DNA of 64,000 nt from Eledone cirrhosa (Eukaryota): contig OZ024740.1 in the NCBI GenBank assembly GCA_964016885.1, positions 321,284,001 to 321,348,000 of the forward strand, given 5' to 3'. Under the pieces are notes generated by a model that was not told where the DNA came from, did no database searches, and saw only the letters and a program-made list of their open reading frames with translations. The position numbers and the translations under genes are program-made. Numbering within the stretch: the stretch's first letter is position 1; every line of letters begins with the position of its first letter. Shown here in pieces: positions 10,270 to 24,699 of this stretch.

Positions 10270-13200
10270 GGAGGTGGAGTGGTGTTGGTGATGGTTGTGT
10301 TGGTGTTGGTAGTGGTGGTGTAGGTGGTGTTCGTGGTATTGGTGTTGTTGGTGGTGTTGGTGGTGTAGGTGGTGTTCGTGGTATTGGTGATGTTGGTGGT
10401 GTTGGTGGTGTTGGTGGTGTTGGTGGTGTTGGTGGTGTTGGTGGTGTTGGTGGTGTAGGTGATGTTGGTGGTAGTGTTGGTGGTGTTGGTGATGTTGGTG
10501 GTGTTGGTGGTGTTGGTGGTAGTGTTGGTGGTGTTGGTGGTGTAGGTGATGTTGGTGGTAGTGTTGGTGGTGTTGGTGGTGTTGGTGATGTTGGTTGTGT
10601 TGGTGTTGGTGGTATTGGTGATGTTGGTGGTGTTGGTGGTGTTGGTGGTGTTGGTGGTGTTGGTGGTGTTGGTGGTGTTGGTGGTGTTGGTGATGTTGGT
10701 GGTAGTGTTGGTGGTGTTGGTGGTGTTGGTGATGTTGGTTGTGTTGGTGTTGGTGGTATTGGTGATGTTGGTGGTGTTGGTGGTGTTGGTGGTGTTGGTG
10801 GTGTTGGTGGTGTTGGTGGTGTAGGGTGGTGTTGGTGGTAGTGTTGGTGGTGTTGGTGGTGTTGGTGATGTTGGTTGTGTTGGTGTTGGTGGTATTGGTG
10901 ATGTTGGTGGTGTTGGTGGTGTTGGTGGTGTTGGTGGTGTAGGTGGTGTTGGTGGTGTTGGTGGTGTTGGTGATGTTGGTTGTGTTGGTGTTGGTGGTAT
11001 TGGTGATTTTGGTGGTCTAGGTGATGTTGGTGGTAGTGTTGGTGGTGTTGGTGGTGTTGGTGATGTTGGTGGTGTTGGTGGTGTTGGTGGTGTTGGTGGT
11101 GTTGGTGGTGTCGGTGATGTTGGTGGTGTTGGTGATGTTGGTGGTGTTGGTGGTGTTGGTGGTGTAGGTGATGTTGGTGGTGTTGGTGGTGTTGGTGATG
11201 TTGGTGGTGTTGGTGGTGTTGGTGGTGTTGGTGGTGTTGGTGGTGTAGGTGATGTTGGTGGTGTTGGTGGTGTTGGTGATGTTGGTGGTGTTGGTGGTGT
11301 TGGTGGTGGTGGTTGTATTGGTGGTGTTGGTGATTTTGGTGGTGTTGGTGGTGGTGGTGTTGGTGATGGTGGGGGAGGGGTGATGGTTGTGTTGGTGGTG
11401 TTGGAGTTGGTGGTGTTGCTGATGTTGGTGGTGTTGGTGATGTTGGTGGTGTTGGTGGTGTTGGTGGAGTTGGTGGTGTTGGTGGTGTTGGTGGTGTTGG
11501 TGGTGTTGGTGGTGTTGGTGGTGTTGATGGTGTTGGTGGTGATGTTGGTGGTGTTGGTGGTGTTGGTGATGTTGGTGGTGTTGGTGGTGTTGGTGGTGTT
11601 GGTGGTGTTGGTGATGGTGTTGGTGATGGTGTTGGTGATGTTGGTGGTGTTGGTGGTGTTGGTGGTGTTGGTGGTGTTGGTGGTGTTGGTGGTGTTGGCG
11701 GTGTTGGCGGTGTTGGTGGTGTTGGTGATGTTGGCGGTGTTGGCGGTGTTGGTGATGTTGGTGGTGTTGGTGGTGTTGGTGGTGTTGGTAATGTTGGTGG
11801 TGTTGGTGATGTTGGTGGTGTTGTTGGTGGTGTTGGTGGTGTTGGTGGTGTTGTTGTTGGTGGGAGTGTTGGTGGTGTTGGTGGTGTTGGTGGTGTTGGT
11901 GGTGTTGGTGGTGTTGATGGTGTTGGTGGTGTTGGTGGTGTTGGTGGTGTTGGTGATGTTGGTGGTGTTGGTGGTGTTGGTGGTGTTGGTGATGGTGTTG
12001 GTGATGTTGGTGGTGTTGGTGGTGTTGGTGATGTTGGTGGTGTTGGTGGTGTTGGTGATGTTGGCGGTGTTGGCGGTGTTGGTGGTGTTGGTGATGTTGG
12101 CGGTGTTGGCGGTGTTGGTGATGTTGGTGGTGTTGGTGGTGTTGGTGATGTTGGTGGTGTTGGTGGTGTTGGTGATGTTGGTGGTGTTGGTGGTGTTGGT
12201 GGTGTTGTTGTTGGTGGGAGTGTTGGTGGTGTTGGTGGTGTTGGTGGTGTTGGTGGTAGTGTTGGTGGTGTTGGTGATGTTGTTGGTGGGAGTGTTGGTG
12301 GTGTTGGTGATGTTGGTGGTGTTGGTGGTGTTGGTGGTGTTGGTGATGTTGGTGGTGTTGGTGGTGTTGGTGGTGTTGGTGGTGTTGGTGGTGTTGGTGA
12401 TGTTGGTGGTGTTGGTGATGTTGGTGGTGTTGGTGATGTTGGTGGTGTTGGTGGTGTTGGTGGTGTTGGTGGTGTTGGTGATGTTGGTGGTGGTGGTGAT
12501 GTTGGTGGTGTTAGTGGGGTTGGTGGTGTTAGTGGGGTTGGTGGTGTTGTTGGTGTTGGTGGTGCTGGTGATGTTGGTGGTGTTGGTGGTGTTGGTGGGG
12601 TTGGTGGTGTTGGTGGTGTTTGTGATGTTGGCGGTGTTGGCGCTGTTGGTGATGTTGGTGGTGTTGGTGGTGTTGGTGGTGTTGGTGGTGTTGGTGGTGG
12701 TGTTGGTGTTGGTGGTGTTGGTGGTGTTGGTGGTGTTGGTGATGTTGGCGGTGTTGGTGGTGTTGGTGGTGTTGGTGATGTTGGTGGTGTTGGTGATGTT
12801 GGTGGTGTTGGTGGTGTTGGTGGTGTTAGTGGTGTTGATGGTGTTGGTGGTGCTGGTGGTGTTGGTGGTGGTGTTGGTGTTGGTGATGTTGGTGGTGTTG
12901 GTGGGGTTGGTGGTGTTAGTGGGGTTGGTGGTGTTGATGGTGTTGGTGGTGTTGGTGGTGTTGGTGTCGGTGATGTTGGTGGTGTTAGTGGGGTTGGTGG
13001 TGTTAGTGGGGTTGGTGGTGTTGATGGTGTTGGTGGTGTTGGTGGTGTTGGTGATGTTGGTGATGTTGGTGGTGTTGGTGGTGTTGGTGGTGTTGGCGGT
13101 GTTGGTGGTGTTGGTGGTGTTGGTGGTGGTGTTGGTGTTGGTGATGTTGGTGGTGTTGGTGGTGTTGGTGGTGTTGGTGGTGTTGGTGATGTTGGCGGTG

Positions 13201-15164
13201 TTGGCGCTGTTGGTGATGTTGGTGGTGTTGGTGGTGTTGGTGGTGTTGGTGGTGGTGTTGGTGTTGGTGGTGTTGGTGGTGTTGGTGATGTTGGTGGTGT
13301 TGGTGATGTTGGTGGTGTTGGTGGTGTTGGTGGTGTTGGTGGTGTTGGTGATGTTGGTGGTGTTGGTGGTGTTGGTGGTGTTGGTGGTGTAGGTGATGTT
13401 GGTGGTAGTGTTGGTGGTGTTGGTGATGTTGGCGGTGTTGGCGGTGTTGGTGATGTTGGTGGTGTTGGCGGTGTTGGTGGTGATGGTGATGTTGGTGGTG
13501 TTGTTGGTGTTGGTGATGTTGGTGGTGTAGGTGATGGTGGTGTTGTTGGTGGGAGTGTTGGTGGTGTTGGTGGTGTTGGTGATGTTGGCGGTGTTGGTGA
13601 TGTTGGTGGTATTGGTGGTGTTGTTGGTGGGAGTGTTGGTGGTGTTGGTGGTGTTGGTGGTGTTGGTGATGTTGGTGGTGTAGGTGATGTTGGTGGTATT
13701 GGTGGTGTTGTTGGTGGGAGTGTTGGTGGTGTTGGTGGTGTTGGTGGTGTTGGTGATGTTGGTGATGTTGGTGATGTTGGTGGTGTTAGTGGGGTTGGTG
13801 GTGTTGTTGGTGGGAGTGTTGGTGGTGTTGGTGATGTTGGTGGTGTTGGTGGGGATGGTGGTGTTGGTGGTGTTGGTGGTGGTGTTGGTGGTGTTGTTGG
13901 TGTTGTTGGTGTTGGTGATGTTGGTGGTGTTGGTGGGGTTGGTGGTGTTTGTGGTGTTGGTGGTGGTGGTGATGTTGGGGGAGGGGTGATGGTTGTGTTG
14001 GTGGAGTTGCTGGTGTTGGTGGTGATGGTGATGTTGGTGGTGTTGGTGGTGTTGGTGGTGTTGGTGATGTTGGTGGTGATATTGGTGGTGGTGCTGGTGG
14101 TGTTGGTGGGGATGGTGATGATGGTGGTGTTGGTGGTGTTGGTGGAGGTGGTGGTGGTGGTGTTGGTGGTGTTGGCGATGTTGGTGGTGTTGGTGGTGGT
14201 GGTGGTGTTGGTAGTGTTTGTGGTGTTGGTGGTGTTGGTGGTGTTGGTGATTTTGGTGGTGTTGGTGGTGTTGGGGTGTTGGTGATGTTGGTGGTGTTGG
14301 TAGTGTTGGTGCTGCTGGTAACGTTGGTGGTGTTGGTGGTGTTGGTGGTGTTGGTGTTGGTGGGGGTGTTGGTGGTGTTGGTTGTGTTGGTGGTGTTGGT
14401 GGTGATGTTGGTGGTGTTGGTGGTATTTGTGGTGTTGGTGGTGTTGGTGATGTAGGTGGTGTAGGTGATGTTGGTGGTAGTGTTGGTGGTGTTGGTGGTG
14501 TTGTTGGTGGGAGTGTTGGTGGTGTTGGTGGTGTTGGTGGTGTTGGTGATGTTGGTGGTGTTGGTGGTGTTGGTGATGTTAGTGGGGTTGGTGGTGTTGT
14601 TGGTAGGAGTGTTGGTGGTGTTGGTGATGTTAGTGGTGTTAGTGGGGTTGGTGGTGTTGTTGGTGTTGTTGGTGGGAGTGTTGGTGGTGTTGGTGGTGTT
14701 GGTGGTGTTGGTGGTGTTGGTGGTGTTGGTGGTGTTAGTGGGGTTGGTGGTGTTGTTGGTGGGAGTGTTGGTGGTGTTGGTGTTGGTGTTGGTGGTTGTG
14801 GTGGTGGGGGTGGAGGTGGTGTTTGTGTGAGGGGGGGGGGGGTATGTTGGTGGTGTTGTTGGTGGGAGTGTTGGTGGTGTTGGTGATGTTGGTGGTGTTA
14901 GTGGGGTTGGTGGTGTTTGTGGTGTTGTTGGTGGTGGTGTTGGTGGTGTTGGTGATGTTGGCGGTGTTGGTGGTGTTTGTGGTGTTGTTGGTGGTGGTGT
15001 TGGTGGTGTTGGTGGTGTTGGTGGTGTTGGTGGTGTTGGTGGTGTTGTTGGTGGTGGTGGTGTTTGTGGTGTTGTTGGTGGTGTTTGTGGTGTTGTTGGT
15101 GGTGGTGATGTTGGTGGTGTTGGTGGTGTTGGTGTTGCTGGTGTTGGTGGTGGTGCTGGTGTTG

Positions 15165-15196
<32 letters not shown>

Positions 15197-15265
15197 GGTG
15201 ATGGTGGTGGTGTTTGTGGTGTTGGTAGTGTTGGTGGCGGTGGTGGTAGTGGTGGTGGTTGTGTG
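10270..15265. repeat. ~5-kb 9-bp satellite (GTTGGTGGT)n with variants
   Basis: Read directly from the sequence. The VVL-repeat ORFs are artefacts of it. Confidence 0.95.
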
Positions 15266-15411
15266 AGAGTGTATATAATGTAGGGGTATATTTCTTTTCT
15301 TTCTTTCTTTCTTTCTTTCTTTCTTTGTTCTATATATCTATTTATTTATCTATCTATCTATATTTCTTTCTTTTTAAAGAACAAAAATATTACCACGATG
15401 AAACAATAGAA

Positions 15412-15454
15412 ACGATGTACTAGTTTCAAGCTTATTAGCTATCGTCAGCATCGT
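15412..15454 (-). ncRNA. Minimal PLE-type hammerhead ribozyme; inverted second copy at 15690-15732
   Basis: ACGAUG-CUGACGA-U-AGCU(AAUA)AGCU-U-GAAA-CUAG-UA-CAUCGU: 6-bp stem I and palindromic stem III. Confidence 0.75.
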
Positions 15455-15937
15455 ATACCTTCCTGCCAGATGGTTGAACGTCTGAAAGTATATACTTTCC
15501 TTTAATTATATACTTACATTTAAGTAACTGCCGTACTAAGAGTGAGAAATGAAATTTCGTTTCATTCTATTCCATTTATCGTTTTCGGTGCGCCCGGCCG
15601 ACTAAACTCACTCGATATGCTACTCAGCCGTTAATATGCACAAGGAAAGTATATACTTTCAGACGTTCAACCATCTGACAGGAAGGTATACAATACTGAC
15701 GATAGCTAATAAGCTTGAAACTAGTACATCGTTCCTGTTTACAAACAAACCGAGCATTATAATAAATGTTCGGTAAACCGATACGTGCATATATATATGT
15801 GTGCATGTATGTATATATATACATACTATTGTACGTCTGTATACATATAGATATGTACATATACATGCATGCATACTTACATTTAAGTAACTGCCGTACT
15901 AAGAGTGAGAAATGAAATTTCATTTCATTCTATTCTT

Positions 15938-16545
15938 TCCGCTTTCCGCAGTCCCGGTTCCAGAGGGATGCCCTGCAATAGCTCCAACTTCCGCAGTAGT
16001 GGCTCGAGAGTCATTACGTACAGAAGGGAGGAGAGAGGGCATCCCTGTCGAATGGATCGTGTGATATGGAACGGCTCCGAGAGGTAGCCGTTCACCTTGA
16101 CCCTTGAGCAGATGTTGCTGTTGTGCATTGCAGCAATCCAGCCCCTGAACACGGGTCCGAAGCTTGCCGCCTCGAGCACCGCATCCAGGTAGCGATGGTC
16201 AACCCTATCGAAAGCCTTAGACTGATCCAAGTTGATCAGGGCTCCACCGATGCCGGGTTTACACCCTACCCTGTCTATGATGTATCGCATGAGGTGGAAG
16301 TTGTCGTGTATGGACCTGGTCGGGATTGCGCATGTCTGCGCTTCTCCCACCAGGTTCTCGACGACAAGCGCCAGCCTCTTTGCCAACACCTTGGCCAAAA
16401 TCTGTAACTCTGTGTTTAGCAGAGTTATGGGCCGGAAGTTGCCTATGTCATCCCCCTTATTCTCCTCCTTCCTGACTAGTGTGACTACGCCCCCGGTCAC
16501 TGAACTGGGAATTCTCCCGTTCTGTTGCCAGTTGCAGTAGACCGT
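15938..16545 (-). mobile_element. Tx1/L1-clade reverse transcriptase fragment
   Basis: NFRPITLLNTE..ILAKVLAKRL, LDQSKAFDRVDH, IRQGCPLS.LLY. Confidence 0.85.
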
Positions 16546-16565
16546 TAGCTAGCTAGCTAGCTAGC

Positions 16566-16597
<32 letters not shown>

Positions 16598-16598
<1 letters not shown>

Positions 16599-16892
16599 TT
16601 CTTTATTAGCCACAAGGGCGCAACAAGAAAGGGGACAATACAAAGACATGCCGGGGATTTTACATACAGTCGTGTAAAAAATATAAAAACAAACAATTTC
16701 AACAATCGAAATCCCCAATAGGGGGGAGGCGCCACAAATGGGTTGTTTAATACCCCGTCGATAGAACAACCCTCAACTTGAGGAGCGTGTTGTGCAAGTG
16801 CTCCTTTCTTCCTTTTGCTCTCTTCCTCAACCTACAGGCTTATAAACAGAGAAGGCCCAATCACTCGGGCCATTTTCGCTTCATTCACCCAA
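16598..16892 (-). mobile_element. LINE (probably Tx1) 3' end embedded in (GATA)n
   Basis: Short ORF tail WVNEAKMARV..SL*, a UTR, then AATAAA followed by (ATCT)n. (GATA)n lies on both sides. Confidence 0.5.
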
Positions 16893-16989
16893 TAGATAGA
16901 TAGATAGATACATAGATAGATAGATAGCAATATCTATCTATGACTCGCTACATAAACACCAGCAGCGGCAACAAAAATAACTTATTTTA

Positions 16990-17230
16990 TAACACCTACC
17001 CCACCGATACCGCCACTACCACAACCATAACCACCACCATCACTCTCCACTACCACCACCACCAACAAGACTAATACCATCACCACCATCACTAACACTA
17101 TCACCCCCATCACCAACAACATCAATATCTCCACCACCAACATCACTAACAACACGACCACCATCACCACCACCACCAACACCAATACCACTACCACATC
17201 CATCACTACAATCAACACCACCAGCAGCAG
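16990..17230. repeat. Degenerate (CAC/CAT/CAA)n tract, opposite polarity to the 9-bp satellite
   Basis: Read directly from the sequence. Confidence 0.85.
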
Positions 17231-17298
17231 TTAGGTACGAGTTTACCAGTGAAGGCCGACGGAGTTACTGCACGGATCGATATATACACATATATACA

Positions 17299-17363
<65 letters not shown>

Positions 17364-17404
17364 ATGTATGTATGTATGTATGTATGTATGTATGTATGTA
17401 TGTA

Positions 17405-17475
<71 letters not shown>

Positions 17476-17680
17476 ATATATATATAATTACTGTTGGATG
17501 CTTAAAGCGTCCGTATGCTGTAGGCCGTATGAGCACGTGATGCTCTCATAGATCAGAGTATGATATCACAGAAAAAAAGAGAATGACGACCAGCTCGAGG
17601 CACGATCGATGTGATGATCGAACCTGACTCTGAAAATCGCAAGGTCCTCAGATATGTCTTGATTCTACGAAGCAGATTTT

Positions 17681-17715
<35 letters not shown>

Positions 17716-17719
<4 letters not shown>

Positions 17720-17938
17720 AGTAAGTAAGACCCCGACGGCTGAGCTCAAGCCGTTTCGACGGCTAATTCTGTACTGGTGGTGGTGTTGGTGATGTTGGTG
17801 GAGTACAGAATTAGCCGTCGAAACGGCTTGAGCTCAGCCGTCGGGGTCTTACTTACTCCTATTACCCACTCTACTACCCTAAGTATTGAGTACTTTGGTG
17901 CGTTATGGTGCACCTGGTTCCTTACCACTTTTCCTTCG
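17716..17938 (+). mobile_element. PLE terminal repeat with 60-bp fold-back and 26-nt satellite-like loop
   Basis: Arms 17716-17775 and 17802-17861, flanked by (TA)n. Confidence 0.8.
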
Positions 17939-17939
17939 C

Positions 17940-17971
<32 letters not shown>

Positions 17972-18129
17972 GTATCCCGGGTTCAATCGGAGCTAACCAC
18001 AGTAAGTAAGGTACTCAATACATAGCAGAGTATAAATATTTAATACAGAAATGTCTTCTACAGGACTAGAACTGTTTCATTCGAATGAAATCATGATATA
18101 CATATACATATATACATATATGCATATAC

Positions 18130-18215
<86 letters not shown>

Positions 18216-18359
18216 TGTACGAAGCCGAATTTTCGGCTTTTGAAGCGATGAGAATATATGTGTAATTATATAAGTATAAAGAAAGTGCTATACGAATAGA
18301 GAAAAACAAATCGAACAGAACCGATTGTTCTCTGCAAATCAGAAATTGTTCTTTAGACC

Positions 18360-20020
18360 ACTATTGGGGGAAATGTTACAGAAGTTGCATTTAATGCTGA
18401 AGAATCCACACAATTTTGGTCAAATCTATGGGGAATTGCAAAAGATGCAAGATGGATAAATGAGGTTGAGCCTAAGTTATCTAATGGTCTGAAACAGAGA
18501 TGGGATAGAATTTCAATGGAAGACGTTCAAGATCAAGTTAGGAAAATGCCAAACTGGAAATCTCCTGGACCGCATAGGGTCCAAGAATTCTGATTAAAAA
18601 TATTTAAAACTTTTCATTCAAGGCTAGGGAAGCACCCAAATGATGCTGTGCTACAAGTAGTTCCAAGTCGGATGGTTGAAGGAAAGACAACTTTGATAAT
18701 GAAAAAAAAGGAAATAACAGGCCGACTGCTTGCTTGAGTTTGCTGCAAAATTGTATGATCACTTGCTTCCTGTTGAGCAGAAGGAAAAATTCCCAGAGAA
18801 CCAAAGACCAACAAGGCGACATCGTGAGTGCTTGTGACATGCTTGAACCGAGGGAATATAAAAGGCGTGACGATAAAGTGTGCTTACACCTTCACTGGTC
18901 TTTATGCAAGAAATATAGGTTTGCAACCACTGAGAAATGGCACCAGTACTAGCCAAAGAAGGTCCTAGAAAACAGACTGTGAAATTCTTGTGGGACTTTA
19001 CAATCCAGACAGAGTTCTTGAAAATACAAGGCCAGAGATAACTTTGTGGAGAAAGGTACTGAAAGGAGGTGTTTGTTGATCGATGTAGCATGTTCAGGTG
19101 ACCATTACATCAACTAGCAGAAAACCACCCAATGGGTGGTTTTCTGCTAGCATGTGTAGTTTGTATATAGATATTATACACAAATATATATGCATGTAAA
19201 TATGATACATCAAATAAAATCGTAATTGACAATATACACAGAAATTGAACAAAGCCTATGTTACACTGTCTTCTGTAATCAGTAATCCGTGATAAGTAAA
19301 AAAAAAGACATTATATATAAACTGCATTAGGAGAAAATTAGCGACGGAAATATATGCGATTATAAGTGTTATAATATAACGGCCGCTAACCGGAAGTGTT
19401 GACATTTGATAATTTTAAAGAATTGAATTTTAAAGATCTTTAAATAAGCTATAAAATATATTTAATCAACAGTCACGAAATTTAGCACATAAATTATGTA
19501 ATATTCATTCATTATTTATTCAAAGTTAACTTTGCCTTTCATCCTTACGGGGTCGATAAAATAAAGTACCAGTAATACACTAGGTAATTGCTGGCCTTGT
19601 GCCAAAAGTAGAAACAATTATTTATTCAAAGTAATCCAACTTATTTTACAAACGGGGTAAAAAAATATATTCTGGACGCAATCCCGCAGACCTTCCTTTA
19701 TTATAGTTAGGATGGTAAGGAACACAAAAAAATCGTAAAGTATACAGACTTGAGAATAGATGTCGAGAAAATGGGGAATATGAAAGTAAGAGTGGTACCA
19801 ATTGAAATTGGAGCACTTGAGTCGGTGACAGAAAACCTCCAGAAAAACCTGATAGAATTGAAATCACTCCTAGCATTACGGCATTGCATAAACAACACTT
19901 TTGGGAACAGCAAATATTTTGCGGAAAGTACTGTCTATGTGATGTTACACCACCTGATAGGGAGTCAGCATTTTAGTATATAACACCAACTTTTGTAATG
20001 TTCGCGAAAGTAAAATGTTC
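18360..20020 (+). mobile_element. Decayed R4/Dong-like RLE non-LTR retrotransposon, interrupted at about 19110-19720
   Basis: KMPNWKSPGP, IVSACDMLEPREYKRRDDKVCLHLHWSLCKKY...KW, and KYTDLRIDVEKMGNMKVRVVPIEIGAL after the interruption. Confidence 0.65.
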
Positions 20021-22689
20021 GTACAATTGAAAAACAAATGTATATACTCTACATAAAAACAATAGAATAAGTTGAAATTACCTCACATACTCTGCATAAA
20101 CCAAGAAGAGAAATTGAAATTACATTTAATTCAATGAGATATTTGCACCTGATGCTAAGAAATTAGCTATTGTGTATCTGGTTCGATTTTCAAACAATTT
20201 CTTTTTTCAGCGACAATATGATTTACAATACTAAAACTTGGTTCCACAAGATGTGAAATAAACAAAGATAGCAGTAAATTAGATATCATCTAATTGTTGG
20301 ATATAAACAGTGCTGGATTTAGAACAAATGAGGCCCTGTGCTAGCTTATTCGTAAAAAATTCATCTTAAAAAAAATTGTTCGCAGGAAGATGGGCCCTCC
20401 TGGCCAACGGGTCCGTGTGCTTAAATCCACCTAAGCACAATGGTAAATCCGACAATGGATATAAAGCAGATGTTTATATGTATTTCGCCACGTCTAATGC
20501 AATTAGATTTGCTTTCTTCACCACATTTAAGTTCTACAAGTTCTTTATGGCATGTTATATCAGCTATTTGCATTAAAAGGATTCACCAACCATATACCTT
20601 CAAGTTCAAAATGTCATTCAATCGTATTTCAATATCTAATTCAATCCTCTCACGAGAGTATTTCTAATGAAATACGATAGAATATGCACCTGTGAAGTAC
20701 TGCAGCTAATTTAATATTTTATATAGCAACCTTGGTGTGATAGATTTATTTTTATTCTCTTATATGGCTTGTCTATTATTTATACTTTATTTAGTAGTGA
20801 TACCATATTTAGGGAATTTAACTTGTTTTTCTAATATTGATGGCATTTATGATCAAAAATATGATTAGACGACCACCACACTGTATAAGGGTTAGTCCGC
20901 CTCGTGTTACAAGCGGACATATTTTTAAATTACTTAATTAAGAATTTGGAATGATTTACTTCAATTATCAATTATCTCCTCAAGAAGGTATTTGTAACAA
21001 AAGGTTCTTATATAAAATTATATTAGAAGATTTTAATTTAAAAAGGAATCCTTTAAAATGTGTGATTTTGTTTCTTTGTACCAGTTACAGTTTTTGATGG
21101 TTAAGTATGAAAAAGATTTAAGTTGACTGAGGTAACCACTGAACCGTCTACACTCATCCAAGTCGCATTTTTTTAACTCTTGAAATTCCCTCTTCACAAT
21201 ATTATGAAGGAAAAGATCAAATAATTTTTCGTTGAATAATGAAACATTTTAAAAACATGTAAATGTTTATATTGGCTCCTTCAAATTAATGTAATTAAAC
21301 TTCTTGAAAATACCTGCCAAATAAAAAGCATCAAACTTTATCAGTTTTATTTGTTGACAGAGTCCAACTTATATTCCTTTTTCAAAACAATAAAGAATCT
21401 TTGACACTGTGATATAATTCAACAAAATTAGTCAAACATGCACATTTTGAGAGCCAACGCAATTCTGTGAGTAGCAACAATCTAATATATTATTCACTGT
21501 TATTTTGGCACAGACAGCGGTGGATTGAAAGAATCGTTAGAGTGTCAGACAAATGCTTTGTGATTTGTGATATTTTTTACGGCTCCTTACGTTCTGAGTT
21601 CAAATCCGAGGTTAACTTTGCCTTTCAGAGATCAATAAAATTAAGTATCAGTCAAGTAATGAGGTCGATTTAATCGATTTCCCATCTTGTGTCTACGCTA
21701 GAAACAATTATTATCTGCAATTGTAGACTCGTCCAACTGTACAGAAAATGATGAGTTTTGGTCAATAGCTATAGACTCGTCCCACTGGTACTTTATTTTA
21801 TCGACCCCGTAAGGATGAAAGGCAAAGTTAACCTCGGCGGGTGATTCTATAATAACTGCATCATTCAAGAAAGAAAATTTAAAGAACTAAAATGGATTAA
21901 CTGCAGATTATCGTATATCCCAATTTGAGTCATCGCCTCCATCGAAAGTGAAGCATTCATTTTGTTTTTTCTAATGACTAAAATATATGCAGCTCGCCAC
22001 AACAGCATACTCGTAGATTTCTCTGCTAACTGAAGCAGTTATGCCAATCCATTGTCGAATTAATAGTCGATCATCTGCGAAGCCACCGGTGTTCACGACA
22101 TCGAGGACATCTAATTAAACTGATAACCGAGCATGAGGTGCTGCTTACTATGAGACAAGCAGGATATTTATCGAGTTTATAAATAACATACTGGAAGATG
22201 TTCGTTGTAAAAGAGTGAGCGCCCACCCGGCGACGGGCTTGCTACGAAAATACATCATTTTTGAGATATGGTTAATGTTTAGATTATTTGTTATATAAAT
22301 CATTGCAAAGTCATGACAATAATATGATAAAATCACAAATCCTACCCATGACAGTAGCAATACACCCATGACAATAGCAACATACAGTCAGCTCTCAGTA
22401 CTAACCTAGATCTATATTTCAAGGTATTATGAATCGTAATAGTCCATTAATATTAGAATTAGATCTATCCTAGAGATCTAGGACTACAGATGGAGAGAGA
22501 GAAAACTGTAACCATGGAAAAAAGTAACAACCCTAAACCAATTAAGAACGCTTATCGTGTGTTTGAGAGTGCGAATATATATATAACTTTAGGTCCAGAA
22601 ATAGCTGTCGAAACGGCTTGAGCTGTGCTGTCGGGGTCATACTTTCTCCCTATATATATATATATATATATGTATAAATACACATGCAT

Positions 22690-22760
<71 letters not shown>

Positions 22761-23736
22761 ATGCAGACATATATGCAGACATATATGTGTGTGACTGTCT
22801 AGTCTTAAAGATAACTGGAAATTATAAGTACGTGCCATCCTTAATGATATAGAAAAAAATCTGTACACTACGTTTCAGATAGTTCTGTCTCAGATGATTT
22901 ACTGATGTTAAATATATATCTATAAATGATACACAACTACAACACGCATACGCACATGCACACGCACACACACATATAGAGAGAGAGGGGGGTCATACTT
23001 AGGGAGGGTCATGCTTCCAATTACAACACACGAACCAGTTCAGTTTCTTTTCAATTTATTATAATATTTCGTCGGTTAGTTTAATAACCGGATGGTTGTT
23101 TAGTTATTAATTGTCAACGTTATAATACTCTTCTGATGAAATAGTCAGGAACAGACTAATGGCTCGAAGTCAACAACTAAATCTCCAGGAGAGAGAAAAA
23201 TCAGATATAGAAACAATTGTCTAGGCACCAAATAAATGTAATTTTGAAATTTCCATTGCTTTTATGGATATACATGTGTGTGTGCATGTGTGTGTAGGTG
23301 GGTGTGCTTCAGAAGTAGCTAATCATAGAATTTCAATTGTTATGTAAAAGCTGGATTATTTCTAATCCATAAGTATCGAACTACACATGTACCTGTTCGA
23401 TTAGAGTAAAAATAGACTCATGTTCTTGTTGGTTTAGTTATTTAAAACTTTGCACACACAAATATATATATATATATATATGTCGATGTATATATATTTA
23501 TTTATAATAAAATGATGTGGTTTGCTTGAAGCATTGTGTATAATATATGTGGAAAATGATATGTTTTAAGAAGGCTAAGACAATGCAAAATGGACGGTAA
23601 GATGAAGGCAAAAAAGATACCTGGTAATTTCTTTTTTTTTTTTTTTTTCCGTTCTAATATTTCGGGACTTAAAATTCCCTTCGTCAGAATATAGGCAACT
23701 CTCAGAGCAAAACGTTCTGGTCTATTCGCTTTGAAA

Positions 23737-24612
<876 letters not shown>

Positions 24613-24699
24613 TGTAAAGTTATATTTAAAATTGTTGGGTTACAACTAGTAAATATTTATAACTGATATAAAAGCACTCGACAAATACTTGGAGTATAT

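Noticed and set aside
11380-13392. 670-aa Val/Leu ORF and similar ORFs nearby
   Set aside because: Translation of the 9-bp satellite; no domain and no splice context.
23653-23702. Functional hammerhead (minus; CUGACGA..GAAA)
   Set aside because: The core and stem II are present but stem I does not pair in register; counted only as a relic.
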